Assembly: GCA_000165345.1 (NCBI GenBank)
Contig: CM000434.1
Span: 384,001 to 448,000 of the forward strand
Length of the DNA stretch: 64,000 nt
Direction: 5' to 3'
Numbering within the stretch: position 1 is the first letter of the stretch; each line of letters begins with the position of its first letter. This document shows positions 23,701 to 32,875 of the stretch, piece after piece. The notes under the pieces are model-generated. The model did no database searches, was not told the DNA's origin, and saw only the letters and a list, made by a program, of their open reading frames with translations. The translations under genes were made by a program, and so were the position numbers.

Positions 23701-26700
23701 ATTTTCAAGATTGTTTGTTGCAGTATAAAATCCAATAAGCATTTTATATAGCATAAAACACTCATTTGAGTGAAAAAAACTCCAAGGATGTTGCCATGCT
23801 ACAGTACCTTGATATGCTAATGATAGTTCAAATTTATTATCAAAATTTCCATGAGTGGAAATGCCTCCGCTTTTTGTGAATACAACTAGCCTGTTAAAAA
23901 TTGTATTATACATTGTAAGTAGTATATCAATAATTGTTAGGGCAGACCTATTACTAGATGCATAATACTCCAGGAAATCAATTACAAGCAAGCTCGGCCA
24001 CTCTTCGCAAAGACTATTTAAAACTCTTATTCCGTTCCACGCGCTACTATATGATTCAGTAAATGCAGGAGAAACCGGAATAACATTGGGGTTTGCTTTA
24101 TTAATGTTTTGCGGCGCCCCAACAACAGAGTTATTGATATTTTGTTGGACTGAAGATCCAGTGACTTGGGAAAAGTTTGCTGTGGGGATATATGAGTCAC
24201 ACTTATTCTCAACATTCTCTGCTTCTTCTAAAATCCTGTTTACTGTAGACTCAATGAGTTGAGTCCTTAGTTGATAGAGCTTTACTCTAATAACAGAACA
24301 TGGACTCATCTTAATCAAGTCTATAAGAAAATTAGCATATCGATCAGAAGCAAGTTGTTGAATTAGAAACAAGACAACGTTATGCGGAGAATGAGTCGCA
24401 AAAAGTGCCAAAGGAAGGCGAAAGGGTGATGAAATGGTCATTGATGTTGTATAAGATGTTATGAATGATGATATTGAGGACTGCATATTGCTGCTTCTAT
24501 CAAGCCCGGGAAAATTCCTCGTACCCAATATTGTCCCAACCACTTTTGAAACAAATTCGTCAGACCCTTGAGGTAATAAGTGAAAGATGCATACCATTGC
24601 AATTGCCATGTGCAAATCTTCCTCATATCGATTAAAAGTATCGATTTGAGTATTAGCCAGTCCCGTAGAAGAATTTTGAGCTTGCCTTATAGATGAGCTT
24701 GCTTGATTACTGGAATTTAAAACCTCTCTTTGATATTCATTTGGCCAACAAAGTCTTTGTAAGTGTTGCAAAAGCTTTTCACCTAGAGTTACATTAAAGC
24801 AAAAACATAGAAGTTCTAAAAGACGTGCCAATCCCTGAAGAACATGCACCGTTAATTTTGTTGCAGATGCCAGATGTACAAGTACGGGTCTAAGGCAATG
24901 CCTAAGCTGATCTTCAGGCAGAAGTTCGTACTGACTATTGTTTGTATTATTCATAGATGAATTGCAAATATTTGGGTTGCCATTTGAATCCTCAATACCA
25001 TCTATATTTAATAAATATCTCTCCAACCTTACAATAACCTTCAGAGTATGATGCGCAGCCTTGCAAATTTCTAAATCTTTTCTAGTCACGCAGCGGAAAA
25101 GAACTCCAATAATCTTCCATCTGAGCTCGTCTTGAGATGTTTTGGTTTGGTTGATTCCCAATTGACTATTCATTTGAAATTGTTGGTTAATATTTGTTTG
25201 ATGCTGGTTTTGATAAATTTGGTGTGGGTATTGCGTCTTCGATTGATTTACATTTTGTAAGTTTTGGTGGTTGGATTGAGTGCCAACCTGTGCAGGGTGA
25301 TTTACGGAAATATGCTGCGCCAATACTGGAATAGGCTGTTGTGTTTGCTGAAGTTGAACACCTTGATTTACATTTGTTTGGTGAGAATTGTGCTGCAATT
25401 GATTGCTTTGATTGAAATTAGAACTTTGATGTATTTGTGTTGAACAGTTTGAAGGAATTGCTGGAGAAATAACTGGTGAAATATTTGCAGAAACAGGAAC
25501 TGATATTGAGGAGTTGCTTCGGCTTCTGAGGAATTCGGACCAATTTGGATGAAGAAGTATAAGTTTTAAAAACCTGATTGAATAAATTTGAACTTGAACC
25601 TTATTTTTCCTAAAATCTGGGTTGCCTTTATTACCTTGACTATTTTGAGCATTAACTTGGATATTAGATTGAGAAAAGCTATTATTCGAATTTTTTTGTT
25701 GAGATTCATTCATCTCACAGTCTATTTCATCCCTTATTACAACAAAAACATCTTCAACGAACCTTCTGATAATTGTCGACGGAATTCCAATAGGCGATGG
25801 CCTAAGTGATGCTAGAAAACATAAAGTATCTAGGAAGGCAAGCTGATATGGGGTGCTACAGGTAGAGATTAATTTGGTCTGAAGCCTACTTAACAGCTGT
25901 TGTAGTAAGGTCGTTTGCGAAGTAGCATTAAGATTATTTGTATCGTTATTCCCAAACTGACTGCTGAAGCTGGTATTGAGTAAAGTTGCAACAGAAACAC
26001 CTGTAATATTAGATAACGTAATAAGACATTTTTGTGCCATTCTTCTACAGGCAGGTCTCAAAGATAATATATTTGGAGTTATTGAGTTCATACATAAATG
26101 GAATAAATGCTTACGCAAAATATCCAAAATTTCATCTGGAGGAGTATTGTTTGCCAAAGAATTCATAATTTCATCACGTATTGCAACTCCAGAGTACCAC
26201 TTATCCTTTGATTCAGTAATTAGCATTTCCATATAAACACGATAGCTATTACTCCACCAAAATTCAGAGTTATTTTTCTTTAATTCATTAGTTTCATTTA
26301 TCACAGTCAATAGATCCTCCCAATTTCTATCGTTTATATTAATAGACTCGCCAGATAATAAAGATAACTTATTTTTTGGAATAGTTATTCCGTATTTTGA
26401 TATGGGTATTTTAATAACTTTAGAGCTAAAATTTTCACAATTAACAAATAGTGCAAAAGGTTTTATTCCCGTGAAAACAGAGTAAATCAGCGCATCCAAC
26501 GCGTCCTCAGAACATCTTTCTGCAAAAGGATTACTATCCGCTCCAGAGTCTTTTGAAATGAAGAAAAGAGCGTCTGAAAGTTTCTGGAAATATGTCTGGG
26601 CCCAAATAGGTGGAATATGGTTAAGTAGCTCAATAATCAAGATACATGCAGCTGTTTTTTTACTCCATGAGATGTCATAGCACAAATTTACGATATTTGA

Positions 26701-29700
26701 CTCGAGTAGACATGGGAGTTGAGCGGTTTGAAACGCCCTATTAAAGTACAATAATGGAAAGTTTTCTACAAGATTGTAGTAAATATTTACCATGTTCTTT
26801 ACTGCTGCAAGGGCTATGTAGCTTGGCTCTGTATGTTTCAAATGGTTATTGTGAGAAATTGTAAACTGAACGTCGATCGTATCAAATAAAGCAGATAAGA
26901 TCGGAGCAACCGGGTCAGTTTTCGTATTAGACCAATATAGGTTCAAATTACAATGTTCGGGAATAAATGACCTTGATGCGGAATAAATAGCCAAATAATT
27001 TGTCAATCCATCACAAAATTCACCGACAGAGTCATGAAGTTCTTCAATAAGTGATAATGCCAAAATAAGTGATTTAGCAAATAGCTCAAGGTTATTCGAA
27101 TATGATGATTGGGCCTTAAAATTATTGCATTCAGAAATGTAGTCCATTGAAAAGGGAGTTGCCTCATTAGGATTCTCAATTTTCTCGGAATGCTTTTCGA
27201 GATAACTTGTTAGAAAATTGAAAAATGTTTTAATGGATTCCGTAGTTCCAATATCAGTCCAAAAGATCGAAAGATAGAGTAAAAGTAAATTTTTGATGTG
27301 CGTACTGCACATATTCTTAATTATTTTATTTGAGCTTATAAAATCTTTCTTAGAAATAGAAGATAAATATTTATAAACATGCTGCAGTGTATCATCAATT
27401 CTTAGAAACAAAGTTGTGTCTAGTTTATTGTTAATTGGGCTTGGTCTAATTAAAATGGGTACTTTTACACAAAGAGGGTCATTTACATCTAAAACTGCTG
27501 AATCTTTTAAGAACCATCTATTCTTCCCTCCCAATTTTCCTAGAATTCTTCCAACTAGTGTTGCATGCTGAAATGCTATAGATTGCAATGCATAGAAGGA
27601 TAAACTATTGTTCTTTTGATATCTGTGAAAGTTACTTAGCAATACTTGGGAGACAGGTAAAGGAATTGGAGGCGCAGGTTTCAATAGTTTACAAAGTGTT
27701 ACAAGAATTGATGGCCTTGTTTGAAATCTATGGGGCTGATGAAGTGAATTTGTAAGGATCGGATATAAGAAATCATGATGAAGATTATCAATCCAGAGAT
27801 CCAAACTTCTTAATGCCAATAAAACAAGCTCTGGATCATTGCTTTCAAGAGCATTAAGCATTGGACTAATTAATTGCCCCATATAAGGTAATAGTGACTT
27901 GAGCCTTGCCGGAACGGTAAGAGAGATTTCTAGCCAAATTTCACGATAAGGAGACTTAGTTTCTTTCTGCATTTTAATAGTCGTGTCTAGGAACCAGGGA
28001 AGAATAACTAAGAATTCCTTATAAATACCTGATGCTTTACCACCAGGGGTAATGCTTCTGAATAAAGATCTTAAGATTGACAGAAAGAAAATGTTATTTT
28101 GATATTTTGAGGCCATAGATGTACACAACGTGCATAAATCCACAACATATGGAATTAGAATAGTTTCATGTTGAGGATTCTGACCAATATATCTAAAGAG
28201 TTGCTTTAACAGCCTAGTAGATACAAGCCCAGATGCTATCTCATTGGTCTTATCCTTATTGACATTTTTTGAATTTCCCCCATAAATAAAAGTATCAGGT
28301 ATTGGTAAATCAATAATATTTTTCTGCATTTGAAATAATGAAATATTAATATTTTGAGTTAGAATATCAAATGGGAAAGGATGATCATCCGGATTTCCGT
28401 GTGGTGCAGCTGTGGGAGCAAAATTAATTAAATTATTTGGGTCATCTCTTGGATCAATAACGCTTTGAACTGCATCAGGAAATTGTATTGGTGTTCCAAA
28501 ATGGGAAATTCTTCCTCGAGAATATGGTATTTTCGAATGGCTTTCAACGTTGTCTATATGCGGGTCCACTACGTATCTTGAAAGAGCAAGTTTGTGATGT
28601 TCTGTTGGGTAGATTGAGCATGTCAAAGGTGTTGATGGGATATTCATGTTATTAACTTGTGCAATGAATGATGAAATGTCATATTGAGTAGATTCAGAAA
28701 ATAATTGTTTACCATTCAACGATTTCAGTAATATTTGAATAGGAGATAATTTACTACGTAATTCAGTAAATTTTGAGTTTGGCTCAACAGCTAAGGTATC
28801 TAATTTTAACATTAGATGTGGTAAAATCGATTCATAAAATACCTTTGCAGTGTGTTGTTGTACCCCCCAATAATGGAATATTAAAGAAATTTGTGGACTC
28901 ATACTTGTAGACCACTCGAATAATATCGAAAATGTAGCTTGAATTATATCTCCAAAAGATTGCGGGTGAATATAACACAGCACTGAAGCTAAAAGCTCTA
29001 AAAGCTCCTTCTCTTCTGGCATAATTGATAATGGAGAGTTTTGCTGAGGCTTAGCACCATTGTTCTGCCTTACAGCGTTATTGTGTTGATTTGCACCATA
29101 ATTACTCTGGATTGTGTTTGGAATGATTAGGGAGCTTGTTGGAATGATCTGGCATTCATTTCCACCTTCTTTTATTTTAAATAGGCCAGATGAGCTCATT
29201 GTGTACTGAAGACATTGACAGTATTCAACACTGCAGATTATGCCTTCAATTAATATCTTTTGTAGTAATTTACTTTCAGCCTCATTTAACATCACTCCAT
29301 TTGCAAGTTTTCTTACGTCAAAACGAGTAATATCAACATTGTTTGTATTGCTATTATTTGTTGTACCACTCATTCCTGAATGGTTATTATTTAAGATATT
29401 CTTGTTACTAATATCACTGCTTGGAATGGTATTCCTATTCAAAGTTGTAATATGAAAAATTGTTTGACGCGCACCAATTATGGTTGCACGAATAATAGGT
29501 CTAAGCTCTCTCAAAACATCAATGATTAATGGTTTGGTCTGATTTTCCATATCAGTTTCAGAATCAAGTCCTTTTTTCAATGCACTACAACCAGTTATCG
29601 AAATTTCACAATGACCTATCTGTGTATTTGCATAAGAAAACGAGTTATCTAACCAATTACCAATATTCGAAATTTCAATAAATTCATCAAGAAAATCGTT

Positions 29701-31425
29701 TAATACCGGCTTTAATGGTGTGAATGTAAGTGAATCGGTTTTTGAGTCGGGTAATCCTGGTATTTCCTTATTGATAGAGACGAGAACTAGATTATAAATT
29801 TGTCGTCGGAGCTGGTGAATTTTCAATGAAAAAATCGATAAAATATTCAATAAAATATCCCGAATAATAATATTTCTTTGAGTATTACTACTAGGAACAA
29901 AACCTTCTTTTTTTAATATATCTGGTAGAAATGCAGCAGATCTGATACAATAATGTTGCGCAGGTAAAGGAAGAGCTGTATCTAAAATATTTCTTGTGAG
30001 AGAATGTAGGCACTTCATAATTGAATCGAAAAAACTATCCTGATTCAAACTATTGCAGTATGAATTAAGGGAATGCTCAGCTCGCAAATATACAATTATT
30101 TCATGCAATATTGCAGAAGATAACACTTTAAGAGTTTCATAACCAGTACGTCCGTGCCCAATGAGAACTGCTTCATCAAGTAAAATTTCTATCCTATCGT
30201 AAAATCCCTGCCTAAATTCAGTATTCAAAATACTTCTTAGGCAAACCAATATTTCACGGCGCTGGTGAAGACAATATGGTGGGCAAAATAGTAATACCTG
30301 AATAAACCCCTGTATAAATGCTGACTGAGTTTGCCTTAGAGTTTCTGATATATGTTCGTCACCATTAAAACCCCTAAAAAAATGAACAAACCATAATATA
30401 ATTTTGCTACATGCAATCATATAATCCTGTACCAAAGATTTAAATGAAGATGAACGTATTATTTCTGGGATTTGTTCTGGGCTTATTTTTAGTTGACTTA
30501 TAGAATGGTTCTGGGATGCGCAAGATGATCCCATCAACTTTGGGTGGAAATCTCTAGGGAAAAGACTAACAATGTTTAAGCAAGAAACCAAATTAGGAGC
30601 AAAAATGGCGAAGTAACGTTCAATGAAGTGAGGATATAACTGAAAAATGTGCAATAAGGCCAGTGGTAGCTCTATCAGAATTCTTAATGATCGGTGACAT
30701 GGAAGGATCAAATTTTGAGAAGGGTTCGTATTATTTACATTAGTGGTGACGGGACCTCTATGAACATTTGATCTTACTTGATTTGTAATTTCAGTTAACT
30801 CTGGCAGAGTCGTTGAAAGAGCTCCACGAAAGAACAATTGATCAGGATCATCATTTACAGAGTTAATTTTGTCCGATTTAGTTGTTGAATTTCCACTTTG
30901 AATATAAATATCTTGCCCTTCAGTGCTAGAATTATTATTTCTATTTGAAATAACTTCCTGAATAAGTTGTGGCAAAGTGTGTTGTACATCTGTACATAAT
31001 CTTGATGCGAATCCAAGAAAGGATTCAACGACATTTTCTAATTTGTCTGTATAATTCTTGTGTAGAAAAACTAAATTACGAATTGCGAGTACTCCGACAT
31101 CATCGGTATCTCTATCAAGCAAATGTAAGCACAACTGCGCTAAATCTGAACAGTAGTTTGATATAACTTCATTCTGAGGCAACAATGATATAATCTCCAT
31201 ACATATTATACTTGATTTCTTATAATCATGTTTTTTTGCTGTATCATTCATAAGCAGTATGTTTCTGATCCCATCCAAACATTCTTCTAAAAATGAAAAG
31301 TAGGTTTGCTTATCAGTTGTGTATAGCTCAATTTGATCTCTTATATTTGTTAGAAATTCCAATTCCTCATTAAAATCATTTTGGCCAAATGATTTAAGTC
31401 TTGTGCCAACTTCTTTAATATTCAT
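14797..31425 (-). CDS. TRRAP: Tra1/TRRAP-family PIKK pseudokinase (SAGA/NuA4 scaffold), single ~16.6 kb exon, ~5540 aa with large Q/N/S-rich insertions
   Basis: C-terminus ...NLSAMKPTWMPWL matches the TRRAP/Tra1 FATC ending (...DPAWHPWL). The PI3K-like domain (FTTHLGLLSIFSYILGVNDVTPGKLFISLDTGQVYQSE) lacks the DRHxxN and DFG catalytic residues, as in Tra1/TRRAP. Long HEAT/FAT-like helical body. ORF-track start (31446) is TTG; the first ATG is at 31425. Confidence 0.8.
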   Translation of the reverse strand: MNIKEVGTRLKSFGQNDFNEELEFLTNIRDQIELYTTDKQTYFSFLEECLDGIRNILLMNDTAKKHDYKKSSIICMEIISLLPQNEVISNYCSDLAQLCLHLLDRDTDDVGVLAIRNLVFLHKNYTDKLENVVESFLGFASRLCTDVQHTLPQLIQEVISNRNNNSSTEGQDIYIQSGNSTTKSDKINSVNDDPDQLFFRGALSTTLPELTEITNQVRSNVHRGPVTTNVNNTNPSQNLILPCHRSLRILIELPLALLHIFQLYPHFIERYFAIFAPNLVSCLNIVSLFPRDFHPKLMGSSCASQNHSISQLKISPEQIPEIIRSSSFKSLVQDYMIACSKIILWFVHFFRGFNGDEHISETLRQTQSAFIQGFIQVLLFCPPYCLHQRREILVCLRSILNTEFRQGFYDRIEILLDEAVLIGHGRTGYETLKVLSSAILHEIIVYLRAEHSLNSYCNSLNQDSFFDSIMKCLHSLTRNILDTALPLPAQHYCIRSAAFLPDILKKEGFVPSSNTQRNIIIRDILLNILSIFSLKIHQLRRQIYNLVLVSINKEIPGLPDSKTDSLTFTPLKPVLNDFLDEFIEISNIGNWLDNSFSYANTQIGHCEISITGCSALKKGLDSETDMENQTKPLIIDVLRELRPIIRATIIGARQTIFHITTLNRNTIPSSDISNKNILNNNHSGMSGTTNNSNTNNVDITRFDVRKLANGVMLNEAESKLLQKILIEGIICSVEYCQCLQYTMSSSGLFKIKEGGNECQIIPTSSLIIPNTIQSNYGANQHNNAVRQNNGAKPQQNSPLSIMPEEKELLELLASVLCYIHPQSFGDIIQATFSILFEWSTSMSPQISLIFHYWGVQQHTAKVFYESILPHLMLKLDTLAVEPNSKFTELRSKLSPIQILLKSLNGKQLFSESTQYDISSFIAQVNNMNIPSTPLTCSIYPTEHHKLALSRYVVDPHIDNVESHSKIPYSRGRISHFGTPIQFPDAVQSVIDPRDDPNNLINFAPTAAPHGNPDDHPFPFDILTQNINISLFQMQKNIIDLPIPDTFIYGGNSKNVNKDKTNEIASGLVSTRLLKQLFRYIGQNPQHETILIPYVVDLCTLCTSMASKYQNNIFFLSILRSLFRSITPGGKASGIYKEFLVILPWFLDTTIKMQKETKSPYREIWLEISLTVPARLKSLLPYMGQLISPMLNALESNDPELVLLALRSLDLWIDNLHHDFLYPILTNSLHQPHRFQTRPSILVTLCKLLKPAPPIPLPVSQVLLSNFHRYQKNNSLSFYALQSIAFQHATLVGRILGKLGGKNRWFLKDSAVLDVNDPLCVKVPILIRPSPINNKLDTTLFLRIDDTLQHVYKYLSSISKKDFISSNKIIKNMCSTHIKNLLLLYLSIFWTDIGTTESIKTFFNFLTSYLEKHSEKIENPNEATPFSMDYISECNNFKAQSSYSNNLELFAKSLILALSLIEELHDSVGEFCDGLTNYLAIYSASRSFIPEHCNLNLYWSNTKTDPVAPILSALFDTIDVQFTISHNNHLKHTEPSYIALAAVKNMVNIYYNLVENFPLLYFNRAFQTAQLPCLLESNIVNLCYDISWSKKTAACILIIELLNHIPPIWAQTYFQKLSDALFFISKDSGADSNPFAERCSEDALDALIYSVFTGIKPFALFVNCENFSSKVIKIPISKYGITIPKNKLSLLSGESININDRNWEDLLTVINETNELKKNNSEFWWSNSYRVYMEMLITESKDKWYSGVAIRDEIMNSLANNTPPDEILDILRKHLFHLCMNSITPNILSLRPACRRMAQKCLITLSNITGVSVATLLNTSFSSQFGNNDTNNLNATSQTTLLQQLLSRLQTKLISTCSTPYQLAFLDTLCFLASLRPSPIGIPSTIIRRFVEDVFVVIRDEIDCEMNESQQKNSNNSFSQSNIQVNAQNSQGNKGNPDFRKNKVQVQIYSIRFLKLILLHPNWSEFLRSRSNSSISVPVSANISPVISPAIPSNCSTQIHQSSNFNQSNQLQHNSHQTNVNQGVQLQQTQQPIPVLAQHISVNHPAQVGTQSNHQNLQNVNQSKTQYPHQIYQNQHQTNINQQFQMNSQLGINQTKTSQDELRWKIIGVLFRCVTRKDLEICKAAHHTLKVIVRLERYLLNIDGIEDSNGNPNICNSSMNNTNNSQYELLPEDQLRHCLRPVLVHLASATKLTVHVLQGLARLLELLCFCFNVTLGEKLLQHLQRLCWPNEYQREVLNSSNQASSSIRQAQNSSTGLANTQIDTFNRYEEDLHMAIAMVCIFHLLPQGSDEFVSKVVGTILGTRNFPGLDRSSNMQSSISSFITSYTTSMTISSPFRLPLALFATHSPHNVVLFLIQQLASDRYANFLIDLIKMSPCSVIRVKLYQLRTQLIESTVNRILEEAENVENKCDSYIPTANFSQVTGSSVQQNINNSVVGAPQNINKANPNVIPVSPAFTESYSSAWNGIRVLNSLCEEWPSLLVIDFLEYYASSNRSALTIIDILLTMYNTIFNRLVVFTKSGGISTHGNFDNKFELSLAYQGTVAWQHPWSFFHSNECFMLYKMLIGFYTATNNLENVQNKEYLEKKCYGNRVGDEIINDILSVQNSMKSVLYSAVSLPSNTSSITNFSQSSTSSFQRQNLTEDQTFSNSFSFTSHQMRQNIQNSNNNLNSSLHANNSHNSISSTSNSTLNNQPIYPSKELIISLLSTIIHGQDVKEHLKRRRIDVILTIATLFGTSSTLDSGAFRDFLICTVPKTLSNQEKRLLFNQLIQRYYPSGPNIDTSSILPGTQIACIQLILIPLLEYEFNRNNEKIRHSEDSWLNDYICEGIITRIILPSLERNVIPLHGTNGLSATDDPLKIEILKLLILLVKNKYSLETISNNRKRLIKDVWNILRTESSLLKSWGYITMCYFVEKYPFPEKILFSMLVALTRLYGVSEVRLTVRRALNLFIPLLHNIKPIIKDDTLNIFSPENESDKSLFSLIPSPPKLFIKDKTPETLFSNWLRLMIAILIQDSYNLPLQQQLYHWNIITLRPNIFAFEYIYLLSPVLSTLTKLLWGFGSVGQNSSQSTSSSYAGSNSGMTNNFGQSAFPSNNILNIPFLPEMKRMIFGILIVITNWVCNFDAEVNIGVSSHCIDSDDNLELKRRRISHSISKDEKNNQSICSGVGKEYRNVANATIDISSIPQLAELLKIEDETSSVSIIDLVITIWFRLALLASSSDHKIVSKSFSTISKIILIYPNCKVQISWLDIGFNLSNNSHLSSISSSTRSNISQNPSTNSQGLNSQHQTISPNLIAFQLTLIAGLQVFCIHQTSATIIMQLDSILQILEPAFVSNDKNVSEALYVLICKIIQIIPHPSTQLKDSITKIVNFIYSNEENIQNSDRQPRELDYNYVDNFKVPLSKKLTVDNKIDSFYIRLIDISTSGIWSLVNQELSVLPELFPAKVTSNNQTTTNDNSNLLQYSEQTTNCSGRNISLHTSIKIISSFMVLGIALNEQDVHKSQEETTEIAVMFLRYFSPLIIYVLDKALAYYSSSNSQNLNSLQPSALSGKSNISNANKNTNISTSRSNTQNLNHTVSNALQHLNGSNTSILNNCADLFQLILISPYFTMKSLNSNVFRQHIIVLLRDFGLITFQGGIVHLLMSILGRWIFNHQLNINSYLSEKLEIEVEEGSNLFVCNSLIVDSNESVENDFEGKRRIKVYNLDEILKFYSNLDYKNKTDETSIKVLKYELVITLLTGWSLICDRNRRFEMHLIYHSFLEEILNNHEDEILKIILNYEGNLKAKIEGSSNNIVLKQANTFVFTEKALTQLEKCALLGLASPHPKIKLGFLKWFNEKLPKDLFGRLRYLFTTSNFDVLAERFYITQFLELLMPTMTFSEKSSIISNKMGAFPSILPSIEQQIINKLDKSSNESYQSFKTNDFKTNLTEVELEWWELQNLKLKENYEDDNASTSSDISLICILDSSSSDQSNSSLINRPQHNNFVAGQVKFDLLDDVIGNLKRNPGLAIDSLLFFSSTSESISISLWKTIFPWIWNNLEHQQRNELTLDIIELLSKERHHRVSSAMPSEWTIPHVILDSLLSCDNPPILPATLLLHLSTKLRCWHIASNYLSNQINTSNSQANINKKENNFISKVNCNHDFKNNLVQDDGPDSSWMILAQIYGELQEEDIVIGIRRSFSNCLETHMGLALMQQAEWSKAQEIFYNNLDAIYNSSSKATNSNADCSHNILNWARIFENSDSSLLNNETMIWIDSWVACAKHLNQWNTLNEFAKERRNPQLQLECSSKLQDWVLVEKLVNKYILHNPITKLCQAYHSLYDLLLGGINNNWNLQSKGTQESLSNSSTNISNQNRVNNSTNSQNLNNGAYCQQFSQSIIQNSSRSKLAEFERHCSIGYRTVLNFWAMLPSVVTTCHVPLLLNFQQYIELQEGFRLSSDIERKLYPDGPNSNINHSLNGNIVQNTANFGSNYIIHHSNANNLAQSSQSINTGNPNSHVNINSHSNLQNTSNSTPGYFEARMLNVWRDRLPNKWDSMILWNDLFVWRNFVFSIIMNLISRSDHLTSQAKSLWPSYLQDMPWTMIKFASIARKSHRLPEVSVALLQRLQNHLQVSGGDAYRAETFLATLEKVKLCLSDTTQLRTGLNILNMTDFQKCPEPYFDEYRAEFLRLKGIISNKLYPNYYIDGEIPNNANSVTGSNVLNSEQGHPGLNNTSATGISTSVVRVNADLLSSLKVYPLFARGWITWAQYTDRLLYIHQNMSYAVNAVISYLMGIYLRPDKYSILLSRVLWLLPHDSPDGKYLSLAFKKYSDHLPCAVWLPWIPQLIAGIDRIEGSAILHILNKIVLIFPQSIYFNIRSSYLEKREMAHMYWYLSSNSETENTSQGPPPPPSSGIYPSFISLGWQRIESLMNTCRIRHGALTLALEHWVEDIVLHCKPDPLDELLCAIRTLFQMTIEISPINDESIIVQDSNLSDTKASDIFPNIGTHFLEHNIIRRYEQLLNKSSSLNNKSFERSKNIIKQYWNEFKNDFHVYLCNNTNPPIERVSQLKLDYVLEKLKKWKDHFTKCTERYSNENIRGKSLLSDFSTTLCDLFHRINIRLEVPGQYLRIVSESLYLRNFAVLENTNSNNPIGGVIYLHRSLPTVETVVRQSYTLKRIGFITSSGSTIHFLIQPYSGLQQKVEERILHLQVTLNTLLYKYKETRSRNISFAIQPCIPLHPRCRIIEDTGNKKSFTELFEEEANSSNCTCPIKDLDFPILLHRKLINISLRKLNNINNSQLDKEMLKIYTELCDNWVPDNIFKRSILRKFNSHDQSFLFTKQFTTHLGLLSIFSYILGVNDVTPGKLFISLDTGQVYQSELKSSYVSSTLLIDKTEKVPFRLTRNMEHLMGPFGKNGILPGTMLAFAQCLQKYEFHVRNLLCSLLRDDLHAFSVHRALQIPQNRNLYQKPNNPSVESDFDNSSQTVINSPNTANDHSQNTISQIMQQRLLSNVEIREKVDRNVRRMMEKIAVLTNPRPINENSQLIDRSVLELIECSTDPKNLSAMKPTWMPWL

Positions 31426-31803
31426 ATTAACAAAAAGCCATATCAATTGAATAAAAAATAATTAATTTACTTAGATTCAAAAGTATAAAATAATAGAATA
31501 TCAAGTAACTACAAATTTCCTTTAATAATAGTTTTTTATAATTAGCTCTTAGCACAAAAAGAAATACGACATTTATCCTCTCACTAACTTTTATGACAAT
31601 AATTTATCCCGCATAATTAACGCAAGATCTTGGTACTGTATTAACTTGCGTCTACTAAATGTTAACAGAATTATAAGAAACAATTTTCAATTAAAGAATT
31701 TCATTAGTTAAACACTATGAACATTGCAAATTAGGAAGAGAATTAGCTATAAATACTAAACTAATTACATGAATTACGTTAAAAATATAGAATATATGTA
31801 GAC

Positions 31804-32796
31804 TTAGCTATCACCAGGTACTAAATTAAGAGGGACTGCGAAAATAGGGCTAATTATATTATCAATTGCGTCGAATCTTATTAAAGAAAGAGCAGAAATT
31901 CCAAAAAATGTATGAAATACATCTGATACATTTCCAGGTCTATCTGAGAATCCGCCTTTTGAAATGTCTTCTGAACAAAAAATGTATTCCTCCAATAAAT
32001 TCTTATCAATGTAGTTTGCTCTCCCCAAAAAGTAAAGCAGAGAGAATATCCACCATGAGTAACAAACATCTGGTGCCTTCTCAGGCCTACCATTAAATCC
32101 CCCACAAAGAAGTTGTCTTTCGCAAAGCCAGAAGGCAAGCCTATCAATATTTATTATATCCAGAGAGTTTAAAAGTGCAAGCGAAACAACACAGCAGTAT
32201 GTGTATGCTGCATGTGATTCTGAGCACGGAACTCCGCCAAATGCTCCATCAGAATTGTAACACCTTAATAAATAAGACCGGGCGCCTATTATGTCAATTT
32301 CGTTTATTCGGTTTAGAATTGTTAGGCTTGATAGTGCACAGTAGGAAAATCTGCAATCAGTCTCCAAATATTGATCGCAACGAAATGACCCATCCTTATT
32401 TTGGAGTGAAGATATCCACTTTGAAATTTTAGCTGAATCAGCTTGATCTAGTTTGCCAATCATAATTAGTATAAGGAGTGCGTAATGCGTGGAAACTATG
32501 TTAGCGTTTAACCCCTTATTCTGAGAATAACCAACCATCGTCACATCTCCATCAACAAATACTTTACAGCTCTCAACAAACTCAAAAATACGAGTCTCTA
32601 GTTTTTTAATTTGATTTCTATCTTCACTTTGTAAATTATTAAATAATAGCTTCATACTTCCAATACCCCAAAATAGACCTGACATTTTGATGGGGTAACT
32701 TAGAAGACTATTAACTGTTTCCTTATTGGAATACAGATCCAATAGAAACTCATAATGTTTCTGAGAATTTAATTTTTTAGTAGATAAACTTTGCAT
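31804..32796 (-). CDS. RABGGTB: Rab geranylgeranyltransferase (GGTase-II) beta subunit
   Basis: [54 protein letters not shown] and [20 protein letters not shown] match RabGGTB repeats ([68 protein letters not shown]). 330 aa. Confidence 0.9.
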   Translation of the reverse strand: [330 protein letters not shown]

Positions 32797-32875
32797 TTAG
32801 AATAATTAATAATACTTTAAGTTATCGCGGCAAGCAATACAAATATATAATGGTAAAAAAGGTGAACTTAAAATT

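Noticed and set aside
1937-30000. Many 60-120 aa ORFs antisense to or nested in large genes (e.g. 1937-2161, 2789-3043, 4004-4291, 8054-8245, 16559-16774, 21743-22036, 25588-25809, 29240-29455, 33147-33395, 38480-38830, 40875-41126, 54304-54861, 57802-58071, 61687-62343)
   Set aside because: All lie inside or antisense to long conserved CDSs. They are short and hydrophobic or low-complexity, with no recognisable motifs. These are expected by chance opposite AT-rich coding DNA.
31866-32432. Plus-strand ORFs 31866-32096 and 32175-32432 overlapping the RabGGTB gene
   Set aside because: They are antisense to a strongly conserved prenyltransferase beta CDS. No motifs.
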